A stretch of 55,180 nucleotides of DNA, taken from IMG/VR virus record IMGVR_UViG_3300036845_000183, positions 1 to 55,180 of that record; one strand, written 5' to 3'. The notes under the pieces were generated by a model that did no database searches, was not told the DNA's origin, and saw nothing but the letters and a program-made list of their open reading frames with translations. Made by a program: the position numbers and the translations under genes. This document shows positions 51,888 to 55,180 of this stretch, piece after piece (position 1 is the stretch's first letter; every line of letters starts with the position of its first letter). The DNA comes from a virus (lineage: Duplodnaviria; Caudoviricetes).

Positions 51888-52685
51888 TCAGCGCGGCGGA
51901 AACGGCTGACCGCTAAAAGGGGATGTCGCATTCCCAGGACTTGTGGATGGCGCTCCAAACGGGGCCGGGGCATTTTGGAAAGCAGGTCCTGATGTTGTCC
52001 CTGGAGCCGTCGTACCGAATGAAGCCGGGGCAAACCCCTGGGGCAGGCTTAGACCCGGCTGCTGAAAACCCGGCGCCCCCTGCGGCTGAAAACCTGGCGA
52101 CCCGGAGAACCCCGCCACCTGCAGACCCTGCTTCTGTGCTTGCTGCATCAGTTCAGCGCCGGACACTGAGTTGGCGAATACGATCTCCTCGCCGGGTGCC
52201 GAGAACACGACGGCATTGAGATACAACTTCGCAGCTCGGTTGTTCTGCTGGCTGACGGCTGCGGTGCCGCCGACCATACAGTAGTCGCCGGATTTCACGC
52301 CGACCTTGTTCTGAAGCTTTACGAGCGCACCGCCAGCCTGAACGATTTCGACGTTCGGCGGGCTTTCGGTGGACGCGTTGAACAACCAGTGGCCCTTGGC
52401 GAACTCGGACGACTTGCCGTCCGCGCTCGGCAGATCGCCGTCCTGAATGCGCCAATCCGTGATCTGCGGGTTGTTGGCGTGCAGCTTCATCAGTGCCGCC
52501 GTCAAGCCGGCGAGCGCCGGTTCGGCATGCCATTGCGCCTGCGTCTTCGGGGTGATGAAGCCGGCGAAGTAGTTGGGCTTTTTCTGCTCCTGCCCTTTGT
52601 AGTTCGTGCTCGGTGACCAAAGGTGTCGCATGTCCACGATGCGAACGTTGAACAGGGTGAACGGTTCATACTGTCTGTTAGCCAT
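51888..52685 (-). CDS. ssDNA-binding protein (DUF2815 / gp2.5-like)
   Basis: IQDGD, GHW..NAS...P, SG.Y, LYLN.V.F...GE; disordered Pro/Gly/Phe tail; near polA. Confidence 0.8.
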   Translation of the reverse strand: MANRQYEPFTLFNVRIVDMRHLWSPSTNYKGQEQKKPNYFAGFITPKTQAQWHAEPALAGLTAALMKLHANNPQITDWRIQDGDLPSADGKSSEFAKGHWLFNASTESPPNVEIVQAGGALVKLQNKVGVKSGDYCMVGGTAAVSQQNNRAAKLYLNAVVFSAPGEEIVFANSVSGAELMQQAQKQGLQVAGFSGSPGFQPQGAPGFQQPGLSLPQGFAPASFGTTAPGTTSGPAFQNAPAPFGAPSTSPGNATSPFSGQPFPPR

Positions 52686-52734
52686 TTTCAGTTGCTCACT
52701 TTTTCAATTTGCCGGGTCCGCCGGCAGCGGTAAA

Positions 52735-53046
52735 TTAGTCAACTACATCTATACCATACTGTAAAATGGAAAGGCCGCAGTTATCTGCGAGCCCGCGTTC
52801 CGTTGTGGCTCCTTTCGAAGCCGGCCAACCCGGCAGCAAAACAATCGTGCAAGCTTCTTCGCAGATGAACTTCGCGTACTCTGCAAACGCCTTGCGTATC
52901 GGAAACTTTCCCGGCCCATATGCGAACTCAGCGGGGTTGTAAACGACGTGGCCGGCACCGCGCAGCTCCGCAGCGACGCGGTGGAATAGTGGGTAGTTTG
53001 ATTCCGGGTACCCTCTCATGGGTCCGCTGAGGTATATCTTCCGCAT
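52735..53046 (-). CDS. DUF4406 / nucleoside 2-deoxyribosyltransferase-like protein
   Basis: IYLSGPM.G....N...F, NPAE, LPGW..SKGA..E. Confidence 0.85.
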   Translation of the reverse strand: MRKIYLSGPMRGYPESNYPLFHRVAAELRGAGHVVYNPAEFAYGPGKFPIRKAFAEYAKFICEEACTIVLLPGWPASKGATTERGLADNCGLSILQYGIDVVD

Positions 53047-53979
53047 TCAATACGACGCCTTGAGCGTCCCTTCTGGTTTGTGTGCGCCGACAGCGGCGTA
53101 CATCTTACCTTCCGTGCCTAGCTTTTCAGCCTGGGCTGGCGAGACGGGTTTGACACCTTTGGCGCCGTACTGCGTATATAGATGCAGTGCAGCTTGGGTG
53201 TCGTCGTTCCACGCGCGGTAGCTTCGGCCCGTCTTCGGCGGGTCGCCGTGACCGAGCTTTTGATGCACGAGCAGCGCTTCCTCATAAACTGGCTTGACGT
53301 CGCCCAGCGCGCGAATCAGTCGCAGCAGCCGCTGCAATTCGTCGTGGGTTAGGTCTTCCGGCCGGCGCGTGATGGCGCCCATGACAAAACCGGCATCAGT
53401 CGACATCGCCGGGCAGGCCTGAAACGCTTTGCACCAGCGGCACCACGGGCCTGGCTTCGGCGCGCTGCGATCGGCGATGGCGCGAAGCACGCGGGCTTTG
53501 TGCGCTTCGACCTCGCTGCGGTGGTGTACCCATTGTTTCCAAGGGTCCTCGTCCAGGCCGTTCGGCTGATAGATGACGAAACGCCACCATTCCGCGTCGT
53601 TCTGATCAAGCAAGCATGCGGCATAGGTCATGAGCTGCAAGTTATGCTTTGCCGGAACGTCCCACTTGCCGAACTTGCCATCAAGAACGGTTGCCACGTT
53701 GCGGTAGATCGGGTCGTTAAAAACGTCGACCGTACCCCCACAGTCGTCCGCCAACTTCACACGTAGTTCTCTGCGGATGTCCCCGTCTTCAAGCTGCGCC
53801 AGAAACGCTTCAACCTCCGGAATGCCGCCGGCTTCCATAACGCCATGCCGCGCCGTACCGGCATCGGCCGCCGCGATCGTCTCGGCTTTCTTCGGCGCAT
53901 CAGGTACGGCATTCAAGGCCGACCACGGGCATTCGATCCATGTCGCGGTAGACGATGCATTGAAAACGTCGTGGCTCAT
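53047..53979 (-). CDS. Cas4-like exonuclease (DUF2800-like), allele 2
   Basis: Homologous to 662-1609 with indels. Confidence 0.85.
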   Translation of the reverse strand: MSHDVFNASSTATWIECPWSALNAVPDAPKKAETIAAADAGTARHGVMEAGGIPEVEAFLAQLEDGDIRRELRVKLADDCGGTVDVFNDPIYRNVATVLDGKFGKWDVPAKHNLQLMTYAACLLDQNDAEWWRFVIYQPNGLDEDPWKQWVHHRSEVEAHKARVLRAIADRSAPKPGPWCRWCKAFQACPAMSTDAGFVMGAITRRPEDLTHDELQRLLRLIRALGDVKPVYEEALLVHQKLGHGDPPKTGRSYRAWNDDTQAALHLYTQYGAKGVKPVSPAQAEKLGTEGKMYAAVGAHKPEGTLKASY

Positions 53980-54179
53980 TCGCCGGCTCTCGTCATGGAC
54001 CTGTGCCAGTCGCTCAGCAACCGGCTGTACTTGTTCCCGTTTTCCGTGTTTTCGTATACGATGTTGATAGGATACTTCAGGCGGTCGCCGGGTTCATTTG
54101 TGAACATGATGACGCGGTACTCGCATCCGTTCCGGTGTCGCCAAATCGATCCGATCGCAGGTTTTTCGGTGTCAGCCAT
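53976..54179 (-). CDS. DUF1653-like small protein (absent from the left copy)
   Basis: GS.WRH.NG..Y.V......VYE......YSR.L..W. Confidence 0.65.
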   Translation of the reverse strand: MADTEKPAIGSIWRHRNGCEYRVIMFTNEPGDRLKYPINIVYENTENGNKYSRLLSDWHRSMTRAGE

Positions 54180-54366
54180 TCGGCTTGCTCCGGCGCAACC
54201 CATCCGTGCCATGGTCGCGTGCGTAGCAGGCCGCCTCGTAGCCCGGCGCGCATGCCACCAATGGCGCTACCTGTGTCTGGCAGTAATTGATGGCCTCAAT
54301 CTGCCTGGGCGTGATCGGCCCCTGGATAACCAGGGTCAAAAGAACGGAACAAAAAGCTGAGTCCAT
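54172..54366 (-). CDS. Hypothetical small protein, allele 2 of 1748-1942
   Basis: AGGAG SD; near-identical protein. Confidence 0.7.
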   Translation of the reverse strand: MDSAFCSVLLTLVIQGPITPRQIEAINYCQTQVAPLVACAPGYEAACYARDHGTDGLRRSKPNG

Positions 54367-54455
54367 GGTGTTCTCCTGTTGAAAATTCGGGAGCCGACTA
54401 AGGCGCGGTGTACGAACCTACTTCCGCTCGCCGGCTCCCTACCCTGCAGGGGTTA

Positions 54456-54923
54456 CTATCGCAAGCCCATCAACTTGGCGATGCCTTCGAGCGCCGGCAT
54501 CGGAAGCTTGGGCAGGAAATGGCCTTTGATTTGGTCCATCGTGGCCGCCGAAGCGTCGAAACCGTGTTTGCCGATCTCGGTTCGGAACCATGCGAGCGCC
54601 GGTTCTGCGGGCGACCCGCCGGCGATCGTCGAATCAAGCTTGGCTGCGACTTCATTGACAACCTTCATGATTTCCTGTGCCAAGCCGGCGGGCGCTGTGC
54701 TGGGGAACGCGCCGCCTTGCGGAAACGTCGTGCTGGTGGCCTGCGGATTGAACTGCGTTGCGGTCGGTATCGCCATCGGCGCGGGCACGTTCACGGTTGC
54801 CGTGGTGTGCTGGGGCGGCGTCGCTGTCTGTTCGTCGTCGCCTTTCTTCGTCCGCGTCTTCTTGCCGCTGGTCTTGAAGGCTTCGAACTCGTCTTCGTTG
54901 TCAAATTCGACAGTGATTCGCAT
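54456..54923 (-). CDS. Hypothetical protein, allele 2 of 2021-2470
   Basis: Shared C-terminus DASAATMDQIK.HFLPKL.MPALEGIAKLMG. Confidence 0.8.
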   Translation of the reverse strand: MRITVEFDNEDEFEAFKTSGKKTRTKKGDDEQTATPPQHTTATVNVPAPMAIPTATQFNPQATSTTFPQGGAFPSTAPAGLAQEIMKVVNEVAAKLDSTIAGGSPAEPALAWFRTEIGKHGFDASAATMDQIKGHFLPKLPMPALEGIAKLMGLR

Positions 54924-54980
54924 GCTCGGTTCCTTGTTTGAGATGTTTTGTCTTACACTAAATCCGTACAGTGTCAATTA

Positions 54981-55180
54981 CTATTCTTTGTAGTCCGAAA
55001 GGTTGAGAGGAACTAGAACCCGTTCGAAAAATTTTATCGTGCCCCACTCAGGGCACAAGCGCTCCGACAGCTCTTTGCTTCTATTGCACTGTGGGTGCCC
55101 GTATCCTTCGCCATAGAAAACTAGCCCTTTTTCAGGGTGGACCACCCACCAGCTATCCAGGTACTGATGCAGGTATGGGC
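54981..55180 (-). CDS. Partial copy of 2529-2801
   Basis: Near-identical DNA; cut by the window edge. Confidence 0.75.
   Translation of the reverse strand, partial: PYLHQYLDSWWVVHPEKGLVFYGEGYGHPQCNRSKELSERLCPEWGTIKFFERVLVPLNLSDYKE

Larger units (their letters stand above)
52520..55180. repeat. Right copy of the imperfect terminal duplication
   Basis: Homologous to 1-2728. Confidence 0.95.

Noticed and set aside
52520-55180. True direct terminal repeat
   Set aside because: The copies differ in gene content and sequence, which is incompatible with a repeat regenerated at each packaging round.
1-55180. Integrated prophage or lysogeny module
   Set aside because: No integrase, CI/Cro pair, att site or flanking host genes recognised; a plasmid-like state cannot be excluded, but no ParA is present.

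Overview
The window is essentially one complete dsDNA tailed phage genome (unit length about 52.5 kb). It has a P22-like short-tail module, and the host is probably an alphaproteobacterium (GcrA homologue, COG5526-type endolysin). Positions 1-2728 and 52520-55180 are the same locus, but the two copies are diverged and carry different genes in the middle, so they look like two strain alleles rather than a true terminal repeat. Replication and early genes lie mostly on the minus strand: SSB, family A DNA polymerase, Cas4-like nuclease, SF2 helicase, primase-helicase, methyltransferase-like, PAPS-reductase-like and GNAT genes. The morphogenesis genes are scattered and split across strands. No integrase, tRNA or CRISPR array was found. 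Four observations stand out. (1) Three late genes, including the major capsid gene, have a perfect GGAGG Shine-Dalgarno (SD) 5 nt before a non-canonical codon (ACG, ATA, ATT) where the start should be. (2) An O-antigen-ligase/O-oligosaccharyltransferase-like gene sits among four signal-peptide-bearing, Ser/Thr-rich, cysteine-paired proteins in the late region. (3) A [ML]PW peptide recurs at or near the ends of about ten unrelated proteins. (4) There is a 17-bp early leader in six exact copies, plus a TGTATGACA motif and a 20-bp palindrome at late or divergent promoters. All family assignments come from motif recognition by eye, not database searches.
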